Source: Chlamydiota bacterium (GTDB lineage: Bacteria; Chlamydiota; Chlamydiia; Chlamydiales; SM23-39). Taken from it: a stretch of 58,785 nucleotides of DNA. The notes beneath the pieces are model-generated. The model did no database searches, was not told the DNA's origin, and worked only from the letters and a program-made list of their open reading frames with translations. The DNA lies in NCBI GenBank assembly GCA_031423235.1, contig JANPFC010000148.1, forward strand, positions 1-58,785. Direction: 5' to 3'. A program made the position numbers and the translations under genes. Positions 7,778 to 16,783 of the stretch are shown here, piece by piece (within the stretch, counting starts at the first letter, position 1; every line of letters begins with the position of its first letter).

Positions 7778-10474
7778 ATGCGTCTGCTCTATTTGTATTT
7801 TGTCGGTTATGTTGCTCGGTTTCTCCTTTCGCTTAGGTACAAAGTTGTCATACGGGGCCTTGACGATCTTGTAGAAAGAACCAAGGATTGGAAAGGGATC
7901 CTTTTCATTCCGAACCACATAGCTCATATTGACCCGATTATGATCCTCGCCTATTTCTGGCCGCAGTTTAAGCTGCGTCCAATCATCGTGGAATATATTT
8001 CCCATATTCCCCTCCTTCGCCTCTCTATCCCTCTTATTCGGGGGGTTCTAGTGCCAGATTTCGAAACTTCAATCAATCAATACAAAGTTCGAAAAGCGGA
8101 AAAGGTGATTCAGACGGTCATTGAAGGGCTGGAAGCGCAAGATAATTTTGTGATTTTTCCTTCAGGCAAGTTTAAAAATCAGGGGAAAGAGAAGCTTTCC
8201 GGAGCCTCTATGGTTCATTCTGTGCTTCAGCTAAAGCCTGATGCCCACGTTGTTCTAATACGATTTTCTGGTCTATGGGGCAGCAGTTTTTCAAAAGCTT
8301 TGACGGGGAAATCTCCTTCTATTGTGGAGCAAACTAAAAACGGCGTAAAAACTCTGTTGAAAAATCTCCTGTTTTTTACTCCCCGCAGAAAGGTTTTTAT
8401 CGATGTTTGTGCAGGCCCGTTGGATTTACCGAGAAGTGGGTCTAGAGTTGAAGTCAACCAGTTTCTGGAGAACTGGTATAATCAGTATTCAGATGATGAG
8501 GGAAATATTCATACTTCCGAGCCTCTTAAATTGGTCCGGAATTGTTTTTGGTCGAAAGAAATGCCGAGTGCGGCCATCCCCCCTCCTAGAAATCAGATCG
8601 TGAACACGTCCCAAGGATCTAGGGATATCGAAATGAAAATAGTTCGTGAAATTAGAAAGATTCTCGATCAGCCCAATCTCAATATTTCTCCCGATATGCT
8701 TCTAGGAGATGATCTTGGCATGGACTCTTTGAATATTGCAGAGATGGTCGCTTATCTCTCGAAAAATTACTCAGTTCAAGAGGTTGATTTTGAAGATCTT
8801 CAGAAAGTGGAAGACCTTATAGCTGCCGCGAGTGGGGCTCTTAAGCTTAAGGAGATTGTTGAGGAGGGTGAGAAGTTCAAGTGGCCGCAAGAGGATAACC
8901 GCCCTTCTCCTGAATGCTCAGGTGGGACTACATTCCATGAAGTATTTTTAAACATCTGCCAGAAAATGGGTTCATTTTCTGCGATGGGAGATGATGTTAG
9001 TGGAACGGTTAGCTATAAAAGGTGCAAAAAGGGGGTGCTTGTTCTTGCTGAGGCTTTTAGAAAGTTCCCCGAAAAGCATGTGGCTGTCCTCCTCCCCTCC
9101 TCCGTAGGTTCAACCCTTGTTATTTTAGCGCTCCTTTTTGCTGATAAAATTCCAGTTCCTCTCAATTGGACTCTGGGTCCCCGTTCATTAGAGCAGATGA
9201 TGAAGATATCTGGGGCCAAAAGGGCCATCAGCTCTTGGCGATTCATGGAGAAGATCAACTTTGTTGATTTCGGATCTGTTGCAGACCAAATTGTCCTTCT
9301 AGAAGATATTCGGATGGGATTAACTCTCAAAACAAAGCTAAAAGGGGCAATATTGTCTCTTTTCTCGCCTGTTACGATCTTAAAGAAGCTGAAATTAAGT
9401 CGTCTTGATGAAAATTCCACAGCAGTTATCCTTTTTACAAGCGGTTCTGAATCTACTCCGAAAGGGGTCCCTCTTTCCCATAAGAACATCCTTTCGACCA
9501 TTCGCAACTGTTATAAGAACTTACAGGGGAACTATACATCTAGCGATGCGATGTACGGAATTCTTCCTCAATTTCATTCATTTGGATTTTCAAACTCGAC
9601 TTTCACTCCACTATTTTGCGGGATGCGAGTTGCGTTCTATCCCAATCCTGCAGACAGCCTTGCTTTGGCTGAGGGGATTCATAGGTGGAAAATCACATTT
9701 GTTCCAATCGTCCCCAATTTCTTGAATAAGATCCTTGATGTGGCAAGAGACGATCAATTAAATACGGTTCGATTTTTCATCACCGCAGGGGAAAAGACTC
9801 CCGCAAAACTGTTTGATAGGGTGAAGAATCTGAATACAGGAGCTATTCTACTTGAAGGGTATGGCCTTAGTGAAACTTCTCCCGTCCTTGCCATGATGCA
9901 ATTGGGGAAAACGGATAGGGGAGTAGGGCAGCTTTTCCCAGATGTAGAGGCGATCACCATTCATCCAGAAACCCATCAGCTGATTGAGGAAGGTTCTCAA
10001 GGGGAAGTTTGTGTGCGCGGGCCGAATGTATTTCAAGGCTATATTGGAAACGCCCCATCTCCCTTTATTGAAATCGGAGGAAAATCTTGGTTCCGGACTG
10101 GAGATCTTGGCTATTTGGAAAAAGATCGAACTTTAATTCTGACTGGGCGGCTCAAGCGGTTTGTCAAAATCGGGGGGGAGATGATTAGTCTTGGGGGGAT
10201 TGAGGAGGCGCTTGCGGCAGAGTGCCGTAAACGGGGCCTCTTCAGAGAGGATGTGCCGTCTTTAGCTATCTGCGTTGAAGGGGCGGATAGTGAAAATCCG
10301 AAGCTTATTTTATTTTCGATCTTTGATATGGAAACTGAGTTGGCAAACGATCTTTTAAAAGATTCTGGATTCAGCAATCTCATTAAAATATCTAAAACAC
10401 GGCAGGTTGATGAAATTCCATTGATGGGGACGGGCAAAACCAATTACCGCAGCCTGCAGGCCCAAATCGATTAA
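7778..10474 (+). CDS. Aas-like acyltransferase / ACP / acyl-ACP synthetase fusion
   Basis: PlsC NHIAHID and FPSG; carrier motif DLGMDSL; AMP-binding FTSGSESTPKG, EGYGLSET, FRTGDLG, GRLKRFVKIGGE, GTGK. Confidence 0.88.
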   Translation: MRLLYLYFVGYVARFLLSLRYKVVIRGLDDLVERTKDWKGILFIPNHIAHIDPIMILAYFWPQFKLRPIIVEYISHIPLLRLSIPLIRGVLVPDFETSINQYKVRKAEKVIQTVIEGLEAQDNFVIFPSGKFKNQGKEKLSGASMVHSVLQLKPDAHVVLIRFSGLWGSSFSKALTGKSPSIVEQTKNGVKTLLKNLLFFTPRRKVFIDVCAGPLDLPRSGSRVEVNQFLENWYNQYSDDEGNIHTSEPLKLVRNCFWSKEMPSAAIPPPRNQIVNTSQGSRDIEMKIVREIRKILDQPNLNISPDMLLGDDLGMDSLNIAEMVAYLSKNYSVQEVDFEDLQKVEDLIAAASGALKLKEIVEEGEKFKWPQEDNRPSPECSGGTTFHEVFLNICQKMGSFSAMGDDVSGTVSYKRCKKGVLVLAEAFRKFPEKHVAVLLPSSVGSTLVILALLFADKIPVPLNWTLGPRSLEQMMKISGAKRAISSWRFMEKINFVDFGSVADQIVLLEDIRMGLTLKTKLKGAILSLFSPVTILKKLKLSRLDENSTAVILFTSGSESTPKGVPLSHKNILSTIRNCYKNLQGNYTSSDAMYGILPQFHSFGFSNSTFTPLFCGMRVAFYPNPADSLALAEGIHRWKITFVPIVPNFLNKILDVARDDQLNTVRFFITAGEKTPAKLFDRVKNLNTGAILLEGYGLSETSPVLAMMQLGKTDRGVGQLFPDVEAITIHPETHQLIEEGSQGEVCVRGPNVFQGYIGNAPSPFIEIGGKSWFRTGDLGYLEKDRTLILTGRLKRFVKIGGEMISLGGIEEALAAECRKRGLFREDVPSLAICVEGADSENPKLILFSIFDMETELANDLLKDSGFSNLIKISKTRQVDEIPLMGTGKTNYRSLQAQID

Positions 10475-10478
10475 GATA

Positions 10479-10744
10479 TTTACCACAGAGATACGACTAC
10501 TAAAGAGGAGGGAGAATACTGACGGTTCCCAGAACTTTTGCAGGAGAACAAGAAAAAATAGCAGGGATAACAGGATGGACAGGATGAAAAAATACAGAAT
10601 CGGAAAAGTTTATTAAATCCGATACCGATAAGGCAATTATGACACTTAACTATCCTGACCATCCTGTTATCCCTGCTATTTTTTCTTGTTCTCCTGCAAA
10701 AGTTCTGGAAACAGTCATGCTTCTCTAGGGATCTCTTGTGTAAA
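10479..10744. repeat. Long intergenic inverted repeat with 9-nt periodic CAGGAT units
   Basis: 66-bp arms 10520-10585 and 10652-10717 with 3 mismatches; outer degenerate pair tttaccacagagat / atctcttgtgtaaa; lies between convergent genes. Confidence 0.9.
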
Positions 10745-10778
10745 ACTAATTGCGCATCAGCTGTTTGTTAACTGAGTG

Positions 10779-11906
10779 CTAGGAAGTGAGTTTTCGTAGC
10801 TTGGCGACGATTTGGGACGTGCGGTCAATCACTTGGTCGATCTCCTCGCGCGTGTTCATCCGGCTAAGAGAAAATCGGATCGAGGAACGGGCTGTCTTTC
10901 TGTCGATCCCCATATTAGTAAGGACGCGGGATGGCTCGAGGCTGCCCGAACTGCAGGCAGATCCGTGGCTCACCGCTATGCCAGCTATATCTAGCTGCAT
11001 GAGGAGTGTTTCCCCATCAACGCCAAGAAAGGCTATGTTCGATGTGTTGGAGACTCTGGGACCCTCTCCATTAATTGCAATGTCTGGGATGGAACGGAAA
11101 AGGCCGTTTTCCAAATGGAGACGAAGGTCGGTGAGTGTATTCGTAATGTCTGATTGATTTTCTTGGAGAATCTGAAGAGCTTCGGCAAGTCCAAGTATGC
11201 CGGCAAGGTTCTCTGTTCCTGCGCGCCGCGTGTTCTCTTGGCTTCCTCCCGTGATCTCCGGAGGGAGCTTTATGTCGGACCGAAGATAGAGCGCGCCAAT
11301 CCCTTTCGGCGCATGGAATTTGTGCCCGCTAATGGCTATGGCTGCGATGCCCCGATGGGGGATGAGGGGCTCCTTGCCAATGTAGGAAACTGCATCAATG
11401 AAGAGGGGAATAGAGCGGGTTTCAGCGATTTTGGCAATGGCTTCGAGGTCGATTTTGACTCCCGTTTCTCCATTCGATGCGGATAGAACGATGGCTTTTG
11501 TGTTAGGCCGTATTGCGTCGCTGATTTGGGAGGGGAGGGGTGCGCCCCAAAGGTTCATGGGGAGGTAGGTAACATCGAGTCCAAGGGATTCAAGAGCTTG
11601 GAGTGTCCGATAGGTAGCAGAATGCTCGATGGAAGTGGTTATGACGTGCCCTTTGGTGCCAATACCGCGTAGGAAATAGTTGATGCTTTCTGTGCCTCCA
11701 GAGGTGAACAGGATCTCTTCGGGTTTGGATTTGAAGAAGGCGGCAACCTTTTGTCTGGCTTGAGAGAGGTGGTTGCGGGCTTGCTGGCCAAACCAATGGA
11801 CGCTAGAGGGATTCGCTGGAGGACCGCTCAGGTCCAGTAGCATCGCTTTGAAGACTCTCGGGTCTAGCGCTGTCGTCGCATTGTTGTCTAAGTAGATCCT
11901 TTGCAC
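10779..11906 (-). CDS. iscS: Cysteine desulfurase (IscS/NifS family)
   Basis: YLDNNATT, FTSGGTES, SGHKFHAPKG, GSACSSG. Confidence 0.95.
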   Translation of the reverse strand: MQRIYLDNNATTALDPRVFKAMLLDLSGPPANPSSVHWFGQQARNHLSQARQKVAAFFKSKPEEILFTSGGTESINYFLRGIGTKGHVITTSIEHSATYRTLQALESLGLDVTYLPMNLWGAPLPSQISDAIRPNTKAIVLSASNGETGVKIDLEAIAKIAETRSIPLFIDAVSYIGKEPLIPHRGIAAIAISGHKFHAPKGIGALYLRSDIKLPPEITGGSQENTRRAGTENLAGILGLAEALQILQENQSDITNTLTDLRLHLENGLFRSIPDIAINGEGPRVSNTSNIAFLGVDGETLLMQLDIAGIAVSHGSACSSGSLEPSRVLTNMGIDRKTARSSIRFSLSRMNTREEIDQVIDRTSQIVAKLRKLTS

Positions 11907-12621
11907 TGATAATCTCTGATTGAATCATGAGAATGGTGATATTATCAGAACTGCCTTTAATTTTCGCCTTTTGAATCAGCCTTCTCGAGGCGGTTTCTAT
12001 GTCGGGGGAGCGATTGATAATTTTTTCTATATCTTCAATGGAAAGGACATCGGAGAGGCCGTCTGTACAGAGGAAAAAAAGGTCCCCCGGCTGATGGTCG
12101 GAAACGGCTATTTCAGGGTTGGCTATGGGCGCTGTTCCGACTGCCCTGGTAATCACATTTTTATAGGGGAATGGGGTGTGGGATTCCTTGCCAATTTTTA
12201 GCCACTTGGCAAAGAGAGAGTGGTCTTGCGTGAGGAGCTCGAGCTTTGTATCGCGGAGACGGTAGATCCGGCTGTCTCCTACGTGGGCATAGATCACGGC
12301 AACGTCTGTCCATATGAGACAGCAAAGAGTTGTTCCCATGCCTGAGAGGGCGTCGTCATTCTTGCCGAGCCGGTAGACCCAACTGTTGGCTTTTTCGATG
12401 GCATGTCTTAATTCGATCATCCATTCGATCGGCCCTTGGTTTTTGATTTTTCTTACAGAGTTTGCAAGGTGGTCAATTGCTTCTTTGGCTGCGACTTCTC
12501 CGGCTCTGTGGCCGCCCATCCCATCAGCAATGGCAAAAAATCCAACTTCAGGACAGGCAATCCAGACATCCTCATTATTGGGCCTTGTAACGCCGATGTC
12601 TGATAGTCCGAATGCCTTCAT
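11803..12621 (-). CDS. PP2C-family Ser/Thr protein phosphatase
   Basis: RPNNED, ADGMGGHRAGEVA, GMGTT, HVGDSR, LCTDGL, DNIT. Confidence 0.95.
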   Translation of the reverse strand: MKAFGLSDIGVTRPNNEDVWIACPEVGFFAIADGMGGHRAGEVAAKEAIDHLANSVRKIKNQGPIEWMIELRHAIEKANSWVYRLGKNDDALSGMGTTLCCLIWTDVAVIYAHVGDSRIYRLRDTKLELLTQDHSLFAKWLKIGKESHTPFPYKNVITRAVGTAPIANPEIAVSDHQPGDLFFLCTDGLSDVLSIEDIEKIINRSPDIETASRRLIQKAKIKGSSDNITILMIQSEIISAKDLLRQQCDDSARPESLQSDATGPERSSSESL

Positions 12622-13472
12622 ATACCCGTTGTAAAGCCACCAAAAAGATAGAGATTGATCACACTCACCGCATTGAATGACCCGTGTAAAACCATAGGTG
12701 CTAAGATAGAGCCCCGTTTCTCATAAAGAAAACCGAGAAAGAGAGAGAGGATAAAGAGCGGAGGAATGATCGATATATTACCGAGCGCTTGTCCTGCAGA
12801 GTAGTGAAAGAGGGAAAAGCAAACGGATGTGATTAGTATGGCTTGGCGTGAGCCTATGTGCTGCCGGATATAGGTTTGCAAAAAACCCCGAAAGAGGGTT
12901 TCTTCAATGAGGGGAGCGAGGAAAATAATCGAGATCACCGCCATTCCAAAGTAGAGAGGGCTTTCAAAGGTCGATTTAAGAAATTTAACGGCAATTTGAT
13001 CGGGCAGATGGGTCGCATCAAAGAGTTTTAAGACGATGAATTCAAGGGCTTGGCTTAAAAAGAGGACGAGGGGAAAGGCTAGTACCCACGCGTAAAGGGC
13101 AGACCAAATGTCTTCAGAAAATGAGTGGTCTGTTGTAGTTCTGCATATAATCCCCTTTCTCACTTTTTCTGGAAGCGCTCTTAAGTAGAAAGCGAGAAGG
13201 ATAAAGATAAGGAATGAGACTCCAAAGTTTAGCCAATTTGAATAGGCCATGTAATTGGCCATGACCTGCTTTCTAAAGAGGGCAACGACTATTCCGGTGG
13301 CGAAATAGCTGACAATAAAGTAGATCGCAAACGCCCCTATGACGTGCAAGAGGCGGATCGGCAATATCCATTCAAAGTTCGGGAATTGGAAGAATCCTCT
13401 CTTCGCGCCCATGAAGAGCAGCAGTAGCGCAAGGATCCCGAACGCAATGGTTGCCAGAGCGTCTGAACTCAT
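12618..13472 (-). CDS. CPBP-family intramembrane metalloprotease (CT254-like)
   Basis: APLIEETLFRG, FSLFH, H..FN motifs; multiple TM segments. Confidence 0.9.
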   Translation of the reverse strand: MSSDALATIAFGILALLLLFMGAKRGFFQFPNFEWILPIRLLHVIGAFAIYFIVSYFATGIVVALFRKQVMANYMAYSNWLNFGVSFLIFILLAFYLRALPEKVRKGIICRTTTDHSFSEDIWSALYAWVLAFPLVLFLSQALEFIVLKLFDATHLPDQIAVKFLKSTFESPLYFGMAVISIIFLAPLIEETLFRGFLQTYIRQHIGSRQAILITSVCFSLFHYSAGQALGNISIIPPLFILSLFLGFLYEKRGSILAPMVLHGSFNAVSVINLYLFGGFTTGI

Positions 13473-14101
13473 CTACTTTTTGCCAATAAAATGTAGTCTG
13501 TGATCCGAGTCGCCACTTCTTGAACCAGTTGGGCATGAGCAATACCCATAGGCGATTTTCTAAATGCTTCGGTACCCCAAACTTCGACCGAATAATCGGT
13601 TGGAATGAGAGTTTTCGGAACAAAGTAGCTGTCTCGAATCATCTCTTGAAGAACAATTTTCGGTGCTGCTCCTCTTAAGTCGATCACGCGGAGTCTGATT
13701 CCCATGTTCAGGTTGCTCGATGCTTCCTGTAGCGAGACCCCTTTTGCTTTAACTGGGGCAAATTCGTGCTCTACAAGTTCTAGAAAAGCGACAAATTCTT
13801 CCCCTTGGAATTCCCGTTTCATCCAAGCGAGATCAGTACCAAATGGGTTTTCAGTGAATGGGGATTCTTGTTGCGAATGGACATAAACTTGTCCTGTTCC
13901 GGCAACGAGGTTCATCACACCTTGGGTGAGTTCTTCTGAAAGACTCCAAGATGCATCAAAGGATGTGGTGTCCAGCATGGATGCGACCGCAACAGACGGT
14001 TTCGCTCTTCCATCATCATGGAAACGGCTCATTTGATCGTTTTGATTGTGGCTGCAGCTTGCAGCTGCAAGGGCAATTAGAAAAGCTGGGATACGGCGCA
14101 T
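13469..14101 (-). CDS. Chlamydial CT253-family lipoprotein
   Basis: Lipobox AAASC after MRRIPAFLIAL; WSLSEELT, ELVEH, R+RVIDLR motifs; next to the CT254-like gene. Confidence 0.75.
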   Translation of the reverse strand: MRRIPAFLIALAAASCSHNQNDQMSRFHDDGRAKPSVAVASMLDTTSFDASWSLSEELTQGVMNLVAGTGQVYVHSQQESPFTENPFGTDLAWMKREFQGEEFVAFLELVEHEFAPVKAKGVSLQEASSNLNMGIRLRVIDLRGAAPKIVLQEMIRDSYFVPKTLIPTDYSVEVWGTEAFRKSPMGIAHAQLVQEVATRITDYILLAKSR

Positions 14102-14149
14102 GATCTTCCTCCGGAAATACAAATCTCAAATATACATAGGAAGAAGAAA

Positions 14150-16039
14150 TTAGGAAAGATGAATTGCTAATAGCGAGGAATAGGGGGCAAGTTCGGTCGT
14201 AGATACGGTTAGGCCATCGGTGTTGCAGAATAGCCAATCTTCAGATGTATTGACGACGGTTTTCCAATTGCCTGGCGGAAGGGTGAGGGTGGCCGGCTTG
14301 AAGTCGGCGTTGAAGGCGATGTAGAGGGAAGGGGGGCCTTTCATCATGTAGGCGATGAGGCGGGATTCGGGATCCCAGTTGGTAAACCATTCGACTTCCG
14401 CATCGGTTAGAAATTGAGTGCGGCGCAATTGCGGGTGTTTGTGGCGGAACGCGATGAGGTTGCTGGTAAATTGGAGGATTTTTTGGTTTTGCTTATCCCA
14501 AAGAACCCAATTGATCTCATTGTCTTGAACGTACGGGTTGTTGTTCCCATTACGGGTATGGCCAATTTCATCGCCCATGAGGAGCATCGGGATCCCTTGC
14601 GAAATAAACAGGGCGAGGAGAAAGTTGCGCATTTGTCTTTCGCGTAGCGCGTTGATCGCCGGGTCGTCTGTTGGACCTTCATGGCCGCAATTCCAACTGT
14701 CGTTTTGATTATTCCCGTCGAGGTTATTTTCGCCATTCGCATAGTTGTGCTTGTTTTGGTAGGTGACGAGATCGCGGAGGGTAAAACCGTCATGGGCAGT
14801 GATAAAATTGATGCTGCTTAAGGGGGTTTTTGAGGCGCTGTAGATCATTTCGCTGCCGCAAATGACGTTTGCAAATATTCCTACTTTGGCATCGGTCCCT
14901 TTCAGGAATCTCCGGACGATGTCTCGATACCTGCCGTTCCATTCGGACCAGGGGCCCCATTTCGGGAAGTATCCGAGTTGATAAAGCCCTGTCGCATCCC
15001 AGGCTTCGGCTATGAGTTTGACTTTTGCGATAATAGGGTCTCTTTTTATTGCTGTTAGAATGGGGGGGTGATCAATTGGGTGGCCATTTTGATCTCTTGT
15101 GAGTATTGAGGTGAGATCAAACCTAAATCCATCGATGTGCATCTCTTGAATCCAGTAGTGGAGGCTATCCAGAATGAGCTTTTGAACTACTGGATGATTG
15201 GCGTTGACTGTGTTTCCGCATCCGGTGAAATTGCGGTATTTTCCACTTTTATCGACCATGTAATAGACCGAATTGTCAATCCCTCTGAAATTGGCGTAAT
15301 ATTCGAGGACGTCTTCCTCCCCAGTATGGTTATAAACTACGTCCAAAATTACCTCGATTCCATGCTTGTGGAGCTCCCTTACGAGGGTTTTGAACTCGTT
15401 GATAGGATCGCTGGCTCCATACCAGCCCATTGGAGCGAAGAAATGGAGGGGGTTATATCCCCAGTAGTTGACGAGTCTTTGTTTTGTAATTGGGTCGAAG
15501 TCTTTGCAATGGGTATGGTCAAAGCCAAAAATAGGCATGAGTTCGACGGCGTTGACCCCGAGTTTTTTTAGGTAGGGGATCTTTTCGATGATCCCAAGAT
15601 ATGTGCCTGGATGGGCAACGCCGCTGGAAGGGTGCTTGGTGAAGCCGCGGACGTGCATTTCGTAGATGATGAGGTCGGAACGGGGGATTTTCGGCGGCTG
15701 GTCATTTTGCCAGTCAAATGGGGCAGGCAGAGAAGCGATGGCCCGTTCGGCGCGGATCATCTTCGCGTAAGGATCGATCAGCCAAACATTCGGGTTGTAG
15801 AGGAGCTCTTTAGGCCCTTCGCACCGGTACGCATATTCTAATCCATGAGGGAGATCGGTAATCCCTATATGCCAAATGTCTCCGGTACGATAGAGTGGGA
15901 TCTCTTTTACGGGATTGCCCTTTGAATCAAAGAGTCCCAATGTCACTTTTGTAGCGTGGGAAGAGAAGAGAGCGAAATTCGCGATGGAGCCCTGAATAGA
16001 AAAGCCTAATGGATCTGGGGTTCCTTGATTGAGGTACAT
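14150..16039 (-). CDS. glgX: Glycogen debranching enzyme / isoamylase (GH13)
   Basis: YEMHVRGFT, NYWGY, DVVYNHT, DGFRFDL, IAEAWD, FITAHDGFTL. Confidence 0.95.
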   Translation of the reverse strand: MYLNQGTPDPLGFSIQGSIANFALFSSHATKVTLGLFDSKGNPVKEIPLYRTGDIWHIGITDLPHGLEYAYRCEGPKELLYNPNVWLIDPYAKMIRAERAIASLPAPFDWQNDQPPKIPRSDLIIYEMHVRGFTKHPSSGVAHPGTYLGIIEKIPYLKKLGVNAVELMPIFGFDHTHCKDFDPITKQRLVNYWGYNPLHFFAPMGWYGASDPINEFKTLVRELHKHGIEVILDVVYNHTGEEDVLEYYANFRGIDNSVYYMVDKSGKYRNFTGCGNTVNANHPVVQKLILDSLHYWIQEMHIDGFRFDLTSILTRDQNGHPIDHPPILTAIKRDPIIAKVKLIAEAWDATGLYQLGYFPKWGPWSEWNGRYRDIVRRFLKGTDAKVGIFANVICGSEMIYSASKTPLSSINFITAHDGFTLRDLVTYQNKHNYANGENNLDGNNQNDSWNCGHEGPTDDPAINALRERQMRNFLLALFISQGIPMLLMGDEIGHTRNGNNNPYVQDNEINWVLWDKQNQKILQFTSNLIAFRHKHPQLRRTQFLTDAEVEWFTNWDPESRLIAYMMKGPPSLYIAFNADFKPATLTLPPGNWKTVVNTSEDWLFCNTDGLTVSTTELAPYSSLLAIHLS

Positions 16040-16267
16040 GATTCAAAAAATAAGTTTACGTCTACTCTTTCTTTAACATTGAATTTAAGTTTTGTTTCAA
16101 CTAAAATATTATCAGCAAAAATAACGTCTAAGCGTCAAAGAGACCGATTTTTAGAGGGATATTGAGATTTCCCTTGCAGCCAAGGGTTGCAAAGATTTAT
16201 AAAAGTTTCTGCTCTTTTTACGTTTTGATCATTTGAACTAAAAAACAATCCAGTCAGGAGGAACACA

Positions 16268-16783
16268 ATGTCCTATGAAAACGCCAGAGCGAACTTAAGA
16301 GAGTTCGGCAAGGAGCTAAACCTGGAAGGTTTAGATTTCGACGAGAACAACACCTGTATTCTCGGAATCGATAACACCTTCTCTCTCCATATTACTTATG
16401 AGCCGAATTCAGATCGTCTCTACCTATATTCTCCAATTCTGGATGGTCTTCCAAAAGACGACAGGATCCGCTTAAAACTGTTCGAGCGTTTGCTCGAGGG
16501 TTCTATGCTCGGCGGCCAGATGGCTGGCGGCGGTATTGGCGTTGCACCAAAAGAAGAGTTGATCCTCATGCATTGCGTGATTGACATGGGCCTTGGCGTA
16601 GATGCTGCAGCTCTCCGTAGATTCGCACCGCTTTTCGTAGAAACAGTGGAAAAATGGCGCGAGATTGTGAATAAGGTTTTGGCTGGCGAAGATCCAGGCC
16701 CATTCCAATTCCCAGTACCTCCACCGGATCAAGCAGCCACTTTCGGCGGCTCAAAACCGGGCGAGCGCTACATCAAGATTTAA
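16268..16783 (+). CDS. slc1: Class I type III secretion chaperone Slc1 (CT043-like, CesT family)
   Basis: FDENNTCIL..FSLHITYE..DRLYLY.P+LDGLP, LLEGSMLGGQMAGGG, LILMHC; RBS AGGAGG; next to glgX as in Chlamydia. Confidence 0.88.
   Translation: MSYENARANLREFGKELNLEGLDFDENNTCILGIDNTFSLHITYEPNSDRLYLYSPILDGLPKDDRIRLKLFERLLEGSMLGGQMAGGGIGVAPKEELILMHCVIDMGLGVDAAALRRFAPLFVETVEKWREIVNKVLAGEDPGPFQFPVPPPDQAATFGGSKPGERYIKI

Noticed and set aside
10596-10623. Spacer segment agaatcggaaaagttt resembling the arm start at 42891
   Set aside because: Short and AT-rich; cannot be distinguished from chance
10480-10662. 60-aa Cys-rich minus-strand ORF
   Set aside because: Lies wholly within the inverted-repeat element; its composition follows from the periodic repeat
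11803-11906. 104-bp overlap of the PP2C tail with iscS as a frameshift or fusion
   Set aside because: Both catalytic domains are complete; a simple read-through tail suffices
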